Positions 38,362-52,018 of a stretch of DNA of 64,000 nt are shown here, piece by piece. The position numbers were made by a program, and so were the translations under genes. Source of the stretch: Octopus vulgaris (lineage: Eukaryota); contig OX597819.1 in assembly GCA_951406725.2 (NCBI GenBank), forward strand, positions 67,332,001 through 67,396,000, in the 5' to 3' direction. Position 1 is the first letter of the stretch; the number at the start of each line of letters is the position of its first letter. Under the pieces are notes generated by a model that saw nothing but the letters and a program-made list of their open reading frames with translations, was not told the origin of the DNA and ran no database searches.

Positions 38362-39294
38362 ATGAACAAAACAGAAGTCATGTGCGAAATGCCCAACAGT
38401 AGCCAGATTGAAAATGTTAAAAATGTTTATTTACTTAGAACTATACTGTATGTTTCAATAATTTTATTGATATTTGGATCTGTCGGAAATTTAGCAATTT
38501 TTGCAATATTTTTCAAGAAACAAATGCGTCAGACAAAAATTGTTCCATATCTTCATTGTTTAGCTCTTGTAGATTTCATTGCAGTTTTGACATATTTACC
38601 AAAACCAATCTGGTTGTTAGCTGCTCCTGAACCTAACACGGCACATTCAGGTATTTTTTGCAGTGAAATATACGATGATTTCATTTCTTTTATATTTATA
38701 TATTCTTCCTGGATAACCGTTGTCATATCTCTGGAACGTCTGTTGGCAATATGTCGCCCATTTTCACAATTTCATTCTTCACAACGTTATAAACCCTACA
38801 TTGTACTGCTTCTGCTTCTTGTATGTGTTGCTGTTACGTATACAACGCTAGCAGTATTTTTAAATATTAAGGTGTACTTTTTGTGTGCTGTAGACATCAT
38901 GTATTCATTCGTACCAAGCATGATTTTGATAATAAGTTCTATCCTTTTGTTGTATAAAATACACCATCGACCAGACCTCGGTCGACATTTGCAACGGAAA
39001 ATTTCAGAGCAGTCAAAAAGTACTATTTATGCAGTGATTGCAATAAACGTACTCTTTCTCCTAACTGCATTTCCTTCATCTATTAATTGCCTGGTAATAT
39101 TCCTACTCGATGAAAAAGATATGGTCCTCTACTTGTTTTTTAGTGTTCTAGCTTGTATGAATAACGTTTTCAACTTCATGTTGTATGTTGTGGTAAGCAA
39201 ATCATTTCGCGACAACCTGAAACAAATATGTTGTAAAGAGTCTGCAGTAAAAAGAAGTAAGGTGTATTCGCTCCAGGTTACAACGAGGCACTAA
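38362..39294 (+). CDS. Intronless class A GPCR, type A, 310 aa (intact)
   Basis: Same motif set; ATG at 38362 by homology. Confidence 0.92.
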   Translation: MNKTEVMCEMPNSSQIENVKNVYLLRTILYVSIILLIFGSVGNLAIFAIFFKKQMRQTKIVPYLHCLALVDFIAVLTYLPKPIWLLAAPEPNTAHSGIFCSEIYDDFISFIFIYSSWITVVISLERLLAICRPFSQFHSSQRYKPYIVLLLLLVCVAVTYTTLAVFLNIKVYFLCAVDIMYSFVPSMILIISSILLLYKIHHRPDLGRHLQRKISEQSKSTIYAVIAINVLFLLTAFPSSINCLVIFLLDEKDMVLYLFFSVLACMNNVFNFMLYVVVSKSFRDNLKQICCKESAVKRSKVYSLQVTTRH

Positions 39295-40885
39295 GAATTT
39301 CGATGTTTCAATACTTTATCAATTCCGTAAGTATCTACTTATATATTTATAATTGTCGTACTAATGATAATTTATGTATCATCAATCTTCAGTCCGTTTA
39401 TGTAGACGTACATATATTCATCTATATGTGCATACAAATATATAACTATATCTATGTTTGTATATAAGTATGTTAAAATAAATTACACAATATGGCGATG
39501 TTCTATGTTTATAAATTTCTAATTAGTATTCCCTGTTCAACATTCTATTTACATATTCTAATAGATTGTTGTTCCACTTATTGCATAGGGTACATTATAA
39601 ATGTAAAGGTATTCTAATGTGTTTGATTTATGTTATAGTGCGGTGGGCCTTCGTTTCTCAATTATCACTATAATTATAATTATACACAGTGCTATGTGTT
39701 GCTCTAAATTGTTTAAATGTACATCTTTCAAAAAATCACGTGTCTACCTGGGTAGTTCCGGAGAATATGCTCTAAGGAATTGAATATAAAGTTTCTGGAT
39801 GTGAAAAATCTTTGTTCTCCTTATCATTATTAATATTATTAAGTAATCTACGGAAAATATGCACGCACAGAATTACCCAACGAGAGAAGTTACTAGTGTC
39901 TAACAACTCATTAGCTCGAGTACTACATAAGGGGGGCTTTTCGTTAGCCAGCATCTGAAACCGATTTCAGAGAAATTCGGTTCCTACCAGGGCAATATAT
40001 CCCATTATCCTCATTATATATATAAATATTGATAGAAATAGTAAGACGACGAGACCTCGACATTTTGTAAATTGAGGAATTTATCTGTAAATTTAATATG
40101 TGACAATTATTCGGCAGCCATGATAAAACACCGAGTTTCGGATGTCAGGGTGGAAATTCACACAGCCCTCCATTCAGTTATCCGGCCATTAGAAAAAATT
40201 CTATGAAAACGACCGTTAAACCATGGGAAATTATTGTGTGATTGATCGTTATTAAGACAAAAGAACTATTTGAATGACCGCTAAATGAGGGGAGGGATTA
40301 AAAGTAGGGGATAAAAACGCACATAGTATTCGCGTAAGTTCGCATCTCCATTCCTACACATGCGCGCCCGTACATACACGTACATGTGCCTATACGTATA
40401 CACTCATCCATCATCACTTGAAACATAGACATTCTCACCCACACCATTCCCCAAAAACCATATATATATACAATCCAACGCACACAAACACATGCGCTAA
40501 CCAAAACGGTTCATACACACGTCTATATACGCACAAACACAAGAAAAGACAGGGTTAGAGGCAACAATACAGAAAAAAGCGTAAAGAAGTATGAAAAAAT
40601 CATGAGAGTAATCACGTCTATATCCGCACACACTCGTATGTACTCGCGCACGCACGTCTATATATGCGCAAACTCACACACGTCTATATAAGCACACACA
40701 AACGCACAGAAAGTTCATACACACGTCTATAGACGCACATGTACAAGATAAAACAAGGATGAAGGCAAAAATACAGGAGAACTTGTAAAAGAAATCAATG
40801 AGAAAGACACGTCTATAAGCGCACAGGGAAAAATGCAGGGTAGAAGCTAGAATACAGAAAAAGTATGTGTAATAAATATGAGCAA

Positions 40886-40961
40886 TCTTTATATATATAA
40901 AACTGAGAATGTGTGTCTGACTGTCTCTATGTTTTCCTAAAACTTGAGAACTATACAACTA
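40886..40961 (+). mobile_element. 5' stub of the 1.55-kb Helitron
   Basis: A|TCTTTATATATATAAAACTGAG start, ending abruptly at a junction with duplicated flank. Confidence 0.75.
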
Positions 40962-41169
40962 ACCAAAACGGTTCATACACACGTCTATATACGCACAAAC
41001 ACAAGAAAAGACAGGGTTAGAGGCAACAATACAGAAAAAAGTGTAAAGAAGTATCAAAAAACCATGGGAGTAAAACACGTCTATATACGCAAACATCCGT
41101 ATGCACTCACGCACGCCCGTCTATATATGCGCATACCTGCACACATCTATATACGCACACATACACACA

Positions 41170-41220
<51 letters not shown>

Positions 41221-41466
41221 ACATGCACAGAAAGTTCATACACGCGTTTATAGGCGCACATGTACAAGAGAAAACAAAACTGTAGGCAAAAATACAGGAA
41301 AATTTGTAAAGAAAAAACAAGGAGTAAGATACGTCTATACATGCACAGGGAAAATTGCAGGGTAGAAGGTAGAATACAGAAAAAGCATGTGTAAAAATTA
41401 TGAGCAATAAACCTATAAAACAATATCTCTATAAATGGCTTCCGAATAATTGTCATATATTATATT

Positions 41467-41529
<63 letters not shown>

Positions 41530-41647
41530 CAAGAATAATCTTACTTAGAAATGGATGCGTGAGTTCCGTCATATAATAAATTAATAAATAAAACATATGC
41601 ATATATACATGCATATATGTACGTACCTACCTCTACAAGTATATATA

Positions 41648-43041
41648 CAGTTCCGGCCAAAATGATCAGAACGGTTGCTTTTACTCTGTGTTTTAGTATA
41701 TTTAATCGGCGAACTCTAATGTTTTGAATTTGTTTACGTGACGGTTCGTTTACTAAACATTAGTAAGAATATTTGCAGTGTGCTTTGTTAATATAATGCC
41801 ACTTACTCCGTTACCAATTCGTCAGCAGGTTATTAAGCTTCGAAGGAAGGATAATTTAAGTACTGGATCTATTGCAAAGATTGTTGTACACGGTATTCTT
41901 AAGGTCTACGATGATTGTGGTTCGTGTGAAGCAAGAAAGTTTACAGGTAGGCCAAGAAAAACAACCAAGAGAGAAGATCGTGCTATGGTAAAGTTGGTTA
42001 AAAAGGACAGATTTAAAACTGCAGCTGTTTCTCGGAAAATGAGCATTTAACTCGAAAAACTGTCTCGTCGTTTAGTTGAACATGACCTACAAGCAAGAAC
42101 ACCTGCAGGGAAGCCACTGATCAGCTCCAAGAATAAAAAGTGTCGTCTTACCTTTGCAACCGAACATGTGTTGTGGTCTTAAGAAAAATGGCAAACGGTG
42201 CATTTCAGTGATGAATCTAAATTTATGCTATTTGGCTCAGATGGGAAAATGTACGTTCGTAGAAAAGTAGGTGAAAAATTGTTGCCTTAATGCCTTAAGA
42301 CTAGTGTTAAATTCGGTGGAGGAAGTGTCATGGTTTGGGGAATGATATCTGGAGATGGTGTGGACCCTTTGGTGCGATTACATGGAAAGTTAAATGCAGG
42401 AGTTTATAAACAACTTGTAAAAGATCATGTCTTGCCTGTGCTGAGAAATTCAACTAAGCGACCACCCATATTCATGCAGGACAATGCCCCATGTCACAAG
42501 GCTAAGGTGGTCATGAACTTCCTCAAAGCTGAAAAGGTTATTGTTATGGATTGGCCAGCTCAAAGCCCAGATCTCAATCCTATTGAAAATGTGTGGAATA
42601 TTCTAGGAGAACGTTCGAAAGCCAGAAATCCTAAAACAACTGAGCAATTATGGAATGCCCTTCAAAAAGAATGGAATAAGATGGAATCATCCAGGAAGAA
42701 ATTGAAAATTTAGTTTCCTCATGCAGTCGAAGATGTCAGAGTGTGATTGAAGCTAAAGGGCTTCACACTAAATATTAAATAATTCCAGTATTCTCTGTCA
42801 TTTTTGATTTTTTTTTTCAACCGTTCTGATCATATTGGCCGTCAAGGGTTTTGCAGTAAATCACTAAATCATCCATAACTTTTGTATTATCCTCTCAAAT
42901 TACACCAAATTCTCAGACAATGACAATTAATATTGTATTTATAGTCTGTGATAATTATAGAATATAAAACAACTTTGATAAAAAATTATATCTACTTTTT
43001 TGACGAAAACAATGCCGTTCTAAACATTTTGGCCGCAACTG
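41648..43041 (+). mobile_element. Full-length defective Tc1-like (DD34E) transposon; transposase pseudogene ~41796-42778
   Basis: TA|cagttccggccaaaatg ... cattttggccgcaactg|TA; GRPRK, FSDES, QDNAP, SPDLNPIENVW; internal stops and frameshifts. Confidence 0.93.
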
Positions 43042-43328
43042 TACATGCATATATGGGTACAGGACACCAAAAAAACGTCGCTGCAGTTGAAACATTGTAG
43101 ATCCAGAGAATATGCTCTACGTAAAACAAATTTAATGATCAGTTATTGCTGTATGTGTATAAATTCTTCAATCAACGACAGTTCACGCAAAATTTCAAAA
43201 TAAAATTTAGATATTTGCAATTTTAACGATTGGAGAAGCACCTTGGGCAAGTGTCTTCTGTTAGAGCTTCGGGCCAACCAAATTCTTGAGAGTGGATTTG
43301 GCAGACAGTAGTTCATTGAAGCCTGCCG

Positions 43329-43397
<69 letters not shown>

Positions 43398-43898
43398 GTT
43401 CACCGTTCTCTCTCCCTCTCACTCCTCTTCGTAGACTCTCTCGTCGCTGACACATGAAATAGAATCTACCTTTCTACCCACAACCTTCGTAAAGACTAAA
43501 CGTGCTTATACGGCCTCATTCATCAGCTCGTCATTCTAGCATTCATAATAATTTTTCTATCGTCTTGGCTTAACAGCCCTCGCCGTTTCTTTTTTACTGT
43601 TTTGTTCTCACTGTTCTGTTCATGATACCACTTTCACCCTCAGCAAAAAATCACAAATTTTATTAAGTTTGCTTTGCGGGAAGAACTGTTTCAACGAAGT
43701 CGCATCTTGTCATAGCCTTCCAAAGCGGCGTAGTTGAAACAGGAACAACTGAAGAAGGGAAATATTCTTTAAGTAGTATGTCTCGTTTCTCTGTTTTATT
43801 TGTTTTTCGAAAAAAAGTTCGTTACTATGTTTTTGTTTTTATGTTTTCGTTACTCATTGTGTTCAGCGTTTTTTTTTATGTATTGTACCCATATATGC

Positions 43899-43930
<32 letters not shown>

Positions 43931-43989
43931 GTGTGTACATATATGTATGTATATATGCATATATTTATATATTATTTATATTATATTAT

Positions 43990-44028
<39 letters not shown>

Positions 44029-44077
44029 AAGGTTAAAATTTATTTAGTTTTGCCAAGAATACTCTACATATTATATA

Positions 44078-44910
44078 ATGGTAAATCACATAACTAAAAG
44101 GATACAGTGACCAACAATAGCCTGGAAGTTAATCATGCAAATATTTATTTCATTACGTCCATAAGATATTGTTCTATAATGCTATTTATGTTTGGAACTA
44201 TCGGGAATATAACAGCCATGGCAACTTTTTACAGGAAGAATATGCGTAAGTATAAATTCGTTCCCTATCTCCTATGTCTAGTTTCAGTAGACATGATTTT
44301 GATTTTTCTGATCTCTCCGAGAATCATACGGGTATCTTATTCTCTACAATTATTGGCTCCAGATACCAATATATTATCCAGTCTAACTGTGGAGATCATG
44401 TCATTGTTTTTTAATATATATTCCTCCTGGATTACGGTACTCATATCAATTGAACGGCTGGGAGCAATTTTGCATACCTTTTCTAGAATTTATTCTTCAG
44501 GACGATATAAACCTTACATCATAGTGTTTGCAATTCTTATCTGTGTTGCTATAATTTACGCAATTATTATGCCTCTTATAAACAATTATGAATACAAATT
44601 GTGTGTTGCAATCGTATTATATTCTTTTCTACCTGCTATAGTATTATTCCTCATGTCTATTCTCATGATTTATAAAATACTCCAGCCTTCGAAACTTGGC
44701 CAGAATGTTCAACGAAGATCTACATCACAATCAAAAAATTCTGTATACCTAGTGATAACAACTAGTAGTTTGTTTTCGTTTACAACCTTTCCTGTGTCTA
44801 TACATTACTTTCTAATGGTTTTTCTGTCACAAAGTGACAACGTATTTATTACATTCTTGGATATGTTAGTGTGTGTTAATAATGCTATCAACATTGTTTT
44901 ATACGCGGCA

Positions 44911-44950
<40 letters not shown>

Positions 44951-44991
44951 GCACCTGCCGTGGGGCTTCATTTCCACACACGCCAGCTTAA
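44078..44991 (+). pseudogene. Class A GPCR type B, probable pseudogene
   Basis: ATG 44078 shifted out of frame by a 1-nt deletion in the A run (~44097-44100), giving a stop after 10 codons; helix 8 and C-tail replaced by (AT)n-encoded YIYI and repeat sequence. Confidence 0.82.
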
Positions 44992-45922
44992 TTCAATTCG
45001 TCCTTAGTCGAAAGAGACCTGTTTTTATGTCCTGTTATTTTTATTGAATTTGTGTAATATTGTCCGTTTTTTCTGTCCTTGTTTATGTTTTTGTGTGTAT
45101 TCGCTGCTTTTTTCCAAGGAACCTAATGCTGTTAGCTTAGTTTTTCCTTGGGCCTCACCAGATTAGAGCAATCTCAAGTATAATCAGCCGAAATTGTGAA
45201 GATAATCTGGTACTTGATTGAGGAAAGAAAATTTCGAATGACTTGTCCTTGTTTTCTTAAACAATGGGAAATTACTGTGTGATTGATCGTTATTAAGACA
45301 AAAGAACTATTTGAATGACCGCTAAATGAGGAGAGGGATTAAAAGTAGGGGGGTAAAAATGTACATAGGTTTCGTGTAAGCGCCTGTCCATACCTACACA
45401 TGCGCGCCCGTACATAACGTTCATGCGCCTATACGTATACACTCATCCATCCTCACATGAAACATACACATTCTCACCCACACCATTCCCCATAAACCAT
45501 ATATATACAATTCAACACACACACACACGCGCGAAACAAAACGGTTCATACACACGACTATATACGCACAAACTAAAGAAAAAAACAGGGCTAGGGGCAA
45601 CAATACAGAAAAATATGTAAATACGTATGAAAAAACCATGAGAGTAATCACGTCTATATACGCACACACTCGTATGCACTCACGCACGCACGTCTATACA
45701 TGCGCAAACCCACACACGTCTATATAAGCGCACACAAATGCGCAGAAAGTTCATACACACGTCTATAGACGCACATGTACAAGAAAAAAAAAGGCTGAAG
45801 GCAAAAATACAGGAGAACTTGTAAAAGAAATCAATGAGAAAGACACGTCTATATACGCACAGGGAAAAATGCAGGGTAGAATGTCGAATACAGAATAAAG
45901 TATGTGTAAAAATTATGAGCAA

Positions 45923-45950
45923 TCTTTATACATATAAAACTGAGAATGTG

Positions 45951-45981
<31 letters not shown>

Positions 45982-47352
45982 GTTTTTCCCTAAAAGTTGA
46001 GAACTATACAACTAATTTCATTCAAATTTTATACATGCCTTACTTAGGGTCCGGGGAGTGTCATTGGCAAAAAATAATTTTTAACTTTTCGCCTAGGGCA
46101 AGCCCACAGCAATATCATATCTTCTCCACTACGATTTCCTTAAACTTGAGAACTACATAACCAATTTCATTCAAATTTTACACATGCCTTACTTAGGGTC
46201 CATGTAGTTTCATGGGCAAAAGAAATGTTCAAATTCTTGCCTAGGTCGAGCCCATAGCAATATCATATCATCTTCACTATTTCAGTATTACGTGTTAAAA
46301 GTGAGACAAAGCATTTCTCTATTTTATGTCAGATACTTTCACTTCAACAATAAAAATTAGAGATAATAATTACAATTGAATTATATGTAGTAAGTAATAA
46401 TTAAAATCAAACTAAAGTATAATATAATCGTAACATAACAAAAGGAAAAATAACAATTGGTATAAAATTGCATCAATGACTTGAACTTGAATAAGTGGTT
46501 TCACATGAATGGGAATAAATTAAAAATAAAATTAGTGTGCAGAAATGGAATAGTCCAGATGGAATATTATACATTAAGGACTATATCTTCAACTGCGTAC
46601 TGCTTTTTGATTCACTGTTTAACTATTGTTATCACGTTTGTTGGTTCCTCGTAAGGGAAACGTTGTTGTGTTGCATTTGTTAAATAATTGTAAACTGTAA
46701 CCGTCCCCCTTTGGGAGAAGAAGTTTTGGTTATTGTTTAAAAATTGAATTGTGTCTCTTTTTGGGTAAATTGACAATATTTTCGCCGTTTACACGGAAGC
46801 ATTTTTGTTGGAATGCTTTCGATAGAAGAAAGTTCAAAACTGAATTTCGCTGCAGCCGTCGGCGTGCGCAAACTCATTAAAATTAAAATGGAAGAAATAC
46901 AAACTTTAAAAAAATTAAATTAAAGAAAAGCCTATTGTCTATAAAGTATACAATGTAGAGAATAAAAAAAAGATTTGAACACCTGGAGGAAAGCACCATC
47001 GAAAATTATCTTGGTGCGACTATGAAAGATATCTAACCAGAGGCGGTAAATTCTCCACAATAGAAGCAAAGTTCGAGTTAACGGAGCGTGCAAGGGAGTA
47101 CTCGTCTCCAGCCTTGCAAAGTGGAAATATTTTATTTTCACCTTTATATCAGGGACGTAGGACGGGCCTACAATTCCAGTCTGTTATACATTTTGAGTAT
47201 TTTTATCACTAGCGATATCAAGATATAACTTTGTATTTTGCATTTTACGTGTAGATGTATATATATATAGATGTACATGTAATATGTACACATATATACA
47301 CATATATACATGCACTAGCACTATGACCCGGCACGACGGGTCATAATTCTAG
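45923..47352 (+). mobile_element. Non-autonomous Helitron, copy 2
   Basis: Same termini and site as 32293-33846. Confidence 0.88.
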
Positions 47353-47414
47353 TAAACCTATAAAACAATATCTCTATAAAAGGCTACCGAATAATTGTCA
47401 TATATTACATTTAC

Positions 47415-47463
<49 letters not shown>

Positions 47464-49515
47464 TATATATGTAAAAATATATATATATATATATATATGT
47501 GTATGTGTGTGTGTGTAAATGCAATATGTGACAATTATATTACTAAGCACTGAACTGCTAAACATAAGTTCCTTAATTTTTCATACTACTATCATCTATC
47601 TCTGCCCCTACACTTTCACTCTACTACTACACATTTATCATTCCTTCTATCTTTTTACAATAGAACACTTTACTCTCCCTTGAACCTCTTCATCTTCCCA
47701 CTCCTACTCTCAAATTGTGTCCACTGACCACTGACTGATCTATATCTTCATTTTCCTTTTCTCTTTTTTCTTTATTTCCTTCATTCCTCTTTTCCAGTTT
47801 TTTATTTTTATTTTTTATTTTGTTATTATTTTATTAATTTCTCCTTACTTTCTTCTCCTTCTTCTCTCTTTTTCTCCTATTTTTTCTTTCTCTTCTTTTT
47901 TTTTCGCTTTCTTTTTTTTCTTTCTTTCTTCATTCCCCTCTTCCTGTTTTCGATTTGACCCTTCTAATACCTTCCCTATTTATGGGTCACTTTAAATAAA
48001 AAGCCTTCGTCTCGGCAACGCTATATATAAATTCTCTACTTGGAATGACCAAGTTTAAAAACTGCTGGATCTCACTCAAAAGAGAATATTACATTGTGTA
48101 TTTCAGCCCCAACTTTCCACTGAAGTCCTCCAGTGACGGGGCAATGGTGATCGTGGCAGGTGGAATTAGCCATCGGAAGTCATAGTCACATTCCTGATGT
48201 AGGCGGCTTGGGACTTTGGTTGTTATTCTTCGAACTCGGTGTAGCTGAGGATTTAGACAACGTCCCAGACTACTGAGTAGAATTTTAGCAATGCACTGCT
48301 TGACCCAGTAAGGGAGTGGCATAGAAAAGGTGGACTAAAAAATGCCTGTCCTACGCTGTCTGGCCAGTGTACCACGGCTTTCAGACTTACACGACTGCGG
48401 TCGGGTCCAACTGAAAATGAAGGAACTCATCGCCGTAACGTTAGCGATGAAGTCCATGATGTGCTACCTCACTTTTCCCCAGTAATCTTTTGCATCGATC
48501 ATGTACATTACATCGCGAGAAAGGAGTCGTTTCTCAAGCCCTGCATTGAGAGAGTTACCCGTTGAGAAGCCGTACGTATTTTATTATGAATCTGGTCATT
48601 CTCCCTCACTCTACATATATCTGAAGTGGACGGTCGATAGTTTTCATCATCAAGTTACCGCTAACATTTCACCTCCAATATCTCCTATTTAAACGACTTT
48701 GACTACTATGGCTGGGGCATCGTTGAGCGGTATTCCATTAACCATGCTCAGGAAAGTAGGAGTCATTCATATCTACCATGTTTTAAATATTGTGTTATAA
48801 GATCGAAGGAAAAAATATGACTTACAAGATAGAAGGGCACCTGTTCAATGCAGTTAGTCGTTTCACAAGTCGTATGAGACATTAATAATATTTGAACGTC
48901 GTTTCATTTAATAGCCGTGTAACATATGCATTAAACAAATAATATATTTTGTTAAAACTTATAGATTCATAAAATAAGACCGCACCCGAACAATTGCAGT
49001 TACTTAACAGTGTCCAAACCTTTAGCAGGAAGTATTGTAAAATGAAAGGCATATTGATTCACACTTCCTATCGTTGTACATCCTGTTAAAAACGTTTGAA
49101 CATCAACATCAATCAGCCAGTAAAATCATCTTTACAATTTCATCATCATAGTAGTGATATGTGTTCCAATAGACTTCGCCATCACCTCGTCATCATCATC
49201 ATCATTAATAACTTCATTGTGATTGTCTTCAATAGCCACATCATCAATAAAAACGAAGCTGGATTCATGATAACGATGTCTCTTCACATGTATTCACATG
49301 CATATAAATATACACACGCCGATCTATCTACTTGCCTACATATTTTATCTACTTATTTATCTGATATCGCATGACACGAATTAGATGTGTCACACTGTTA
49401 TTAAACAGCAACACGTGAAACCATAACTGGTCTTTCAAAATTTTATAGAAATTGGATTCATTTAGTTATTTTCGTGGTCCACAATTGCTGACCGAAGGAT
49501 CAATTAGAAGAAAAT

Positions 49516-50439
49516 ATGAACAAAACTGAAATGATGAGCGTATTGAACAATAGTAGCCAGATAGAAAATTATAAAAATGTTTATTTTGTTAGAACTATAC
49601 AGTATGTTGCAATAATATTATTGATATTAGGATCTGTCGGAAATTTAGCAATTTTCGTAATATTTTTTAAGAAACAAATGCGTCAGACAAAAGTTGTTCC
49701 ATATCTTCATTGTTTATCTCTTGTAGATTTCATTGCGCTTTCGACATATTTACCAAAGCCAATATGGTTGTCGACTACTTCTCAACCTAATACAGGTATT
49801 TTTAGCAGTGAAATATACGATGCTTTCACTTCTTTGATATTTGTATATTCTTCCTGGATAACCGTTATTATATCTCTGGAACGTCTGTTAGCAATATTTT
49901 GCCCGTTTTCACAATTTCATTCTCCACAACGTTATAAACCTTACCTAGTACTGCTTCTGCTTCTTGTATGTGTTGCTGTTACGTATACAGCGATAGCAGT
50001 ATTTTTTAATAATATGACGTACTTTTTGTGTGCTTTACAAATCATGTATTCATTCCTACCAGGGATGATTTTGATAATAAGTTCTATCCTTTTGTTGTAT
50101 AAAATACTGCATCGACCAGACCTCGGTCAACATATGCAACGAAACATTTCAGAGCAGTCAAAAAGTACTATTTATGTAGTGATTGCAATAAACGCACTCT
50201 TTCTCCTAACCACATTTCCTTCATCTATAATTTACCTGAAAATATTCCTACTCGATGAAAAAGATAGTGTCATCTTCAGGTTTGCAAATGTGCTGGCTTG
50301 TATCAATAACGTTTTCAACTTCGTGTTGTATGTTGTGGTAAGCAAATCATTTCGCGACAATCTGAAAAAAATATGTTGTAAAGAGACTGCAGTAAACAGA
50401 CGTACGGTGTATTCGCTCCAGGTTACAACGAGGCACTAA
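49516..50439 (+). CDS. Intronless class A GPCR, type A, 307 aa (intact; 3-aa in-frame deletion in ECL1)
   Basis: Same motif set. Confidence 0.93.
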   Translation: MNKTEMMSVLNNSSQIENYKNVYFVRTIQYVAIILLILGSVGNLAIFVIFFKKQMRQTKVVPYLHCLSLVDFIALSTYLPKPIWLSTTSQPNTGIFSSEIYDAFTSLIFVYSSWITVIISLERLLAIFCPFSQFHSPQRYKPYLVLLLLLVCVAVTYTAIAVFFNNMTYFLCALQIMYSFLPGMILIISSILLLYKILHRPDLGQHMQRNISEQSKSTIYVVIAINALFLLTTFPSSIIYLKIFLLDEKDSVIFRFANVLACINNVFNFVLYVVVSKSFRDNLKKICCKETAVNRRTVYSLQVTTRH

Positions 50440-52018
50440 GAATTTCGCTGTTTCAATACTTTATCAATTCCGTAAGTATCTACTTATATACTTATAATTG
50501 TCGTACTAATGATAATTTATGTATCATTAATCTACCTTCCGTTTATACATATATTCATCTATATATTCATATAGACATACATATATTCATCTATATGTGC
50601 ATACAAATATATAACTATATCTATGTTTGCAGGTATTTTAAAATACATTACACAATATGGTGATGTTCTATGTTTATAAATTTCTAGTTAGTATTCCCTG
50701 TTCATCATTCTATTTACATATTCCTTAAGACAGTTAGACCACTTCTAATAGATTATTGTCCCACTTATTGCATAGGGTACATTATAAATGTAAAGGTATT
50801 CTAATGTGTTTGATTTATTTTATAGTGTTGTGGGCTTTCGTTTCTCAATTATTACTATGATTATAATTATACACAGTGCGATGTTTCTTTAAATTGTTTA
50901 AATGTATATCTTTCAAAAATCATATGGTTTACCTGTGTAGATCCGCATAATATGCTCTAAGGAATTGATAAATAAAGCTTCTGGATGTGAAAAATCTTTG
51001 TTCTCCTTATTATCAATATTATTAAGTAATCTACGGAAAATATGCACGCACAGAATTACCCAACGAGAGAAGTTACTAGTGTCTAACAACTCATTAGCTC
51101 GAGTACTACATAAGCTGGATTTTGGTTAGCCAGCATCTGAAACCGATTTCAGAGAAATTCGGTTCCTACCAGGGCAATATATCCCATTATCCTCATTATA
51201 TATATAAATATTGATAGAATTATTAAGACGACGAGACATCGACAATTGTAAATAGAGGAATTTATCTGTAAATTTGATATGTGACAATTATTCGGTAGCC
51301 ATAATAAACTCTGAGTTTCGGATGTCAGGGTGGAAATTCACACAGCCCTCCATTCAGTTATCCGGCCATTAGAAAAAATTCTATGAAAACGAATGTTAAA
51401 CAATGGGAAATTATTGTGTGAATGATCGTTATTAAGACAAAAGCACTATTTGAATGATCGCTAAATGAGGGGAGGGATTAAAAGTAGGGTGTAAAATTGT
51501 ACATAGTATTCGTGTAAGCGCGCATCTCTATACCTACACATGCGCGTCCGTACACCCACGTACCTGCGCCTATAAGTATACACTCATCCATTATCACTTG
51601 AAACATAGACATTTTCACCCACACCATTTCCCAAAACGGTTCATACACACGACTATATACGCACAAACACAAGAAAAAACAGGGCTAGGGGCAACAATAC
51701 GGAAAAAAGTGTAAAGAAGTATGATAAAACCATGAGAGTAATCACGTCTATATACGCGCACACTCGTATGCACTCACGCACGCACGTCTATACATGTGCT
51801 AAACCACACACGTCTATATAAGCACACACACAGGCACAGAAAGTTCATACACCCGTCTATAGACGCTCATGTACAAGAATAAAACAAGGCTGAAAGCAAA
51901 AATACAGGAGAACTTGTAAAAGAAATCAATGAGAAAGACACGTCTATAAGCGCACAGGGAAAAATACAGGGTAGAAGGTAGAATACAGAAAAAGTATATG
52001 TGTAATAATTATGAGCAA

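Noticed and set aside
48089-48322. Recurrent ORF MPLPYW... (also 55132 and 60906)
   Set aside because: Part of the duplicated cassette; not preserved in other copies; no recognisable domain
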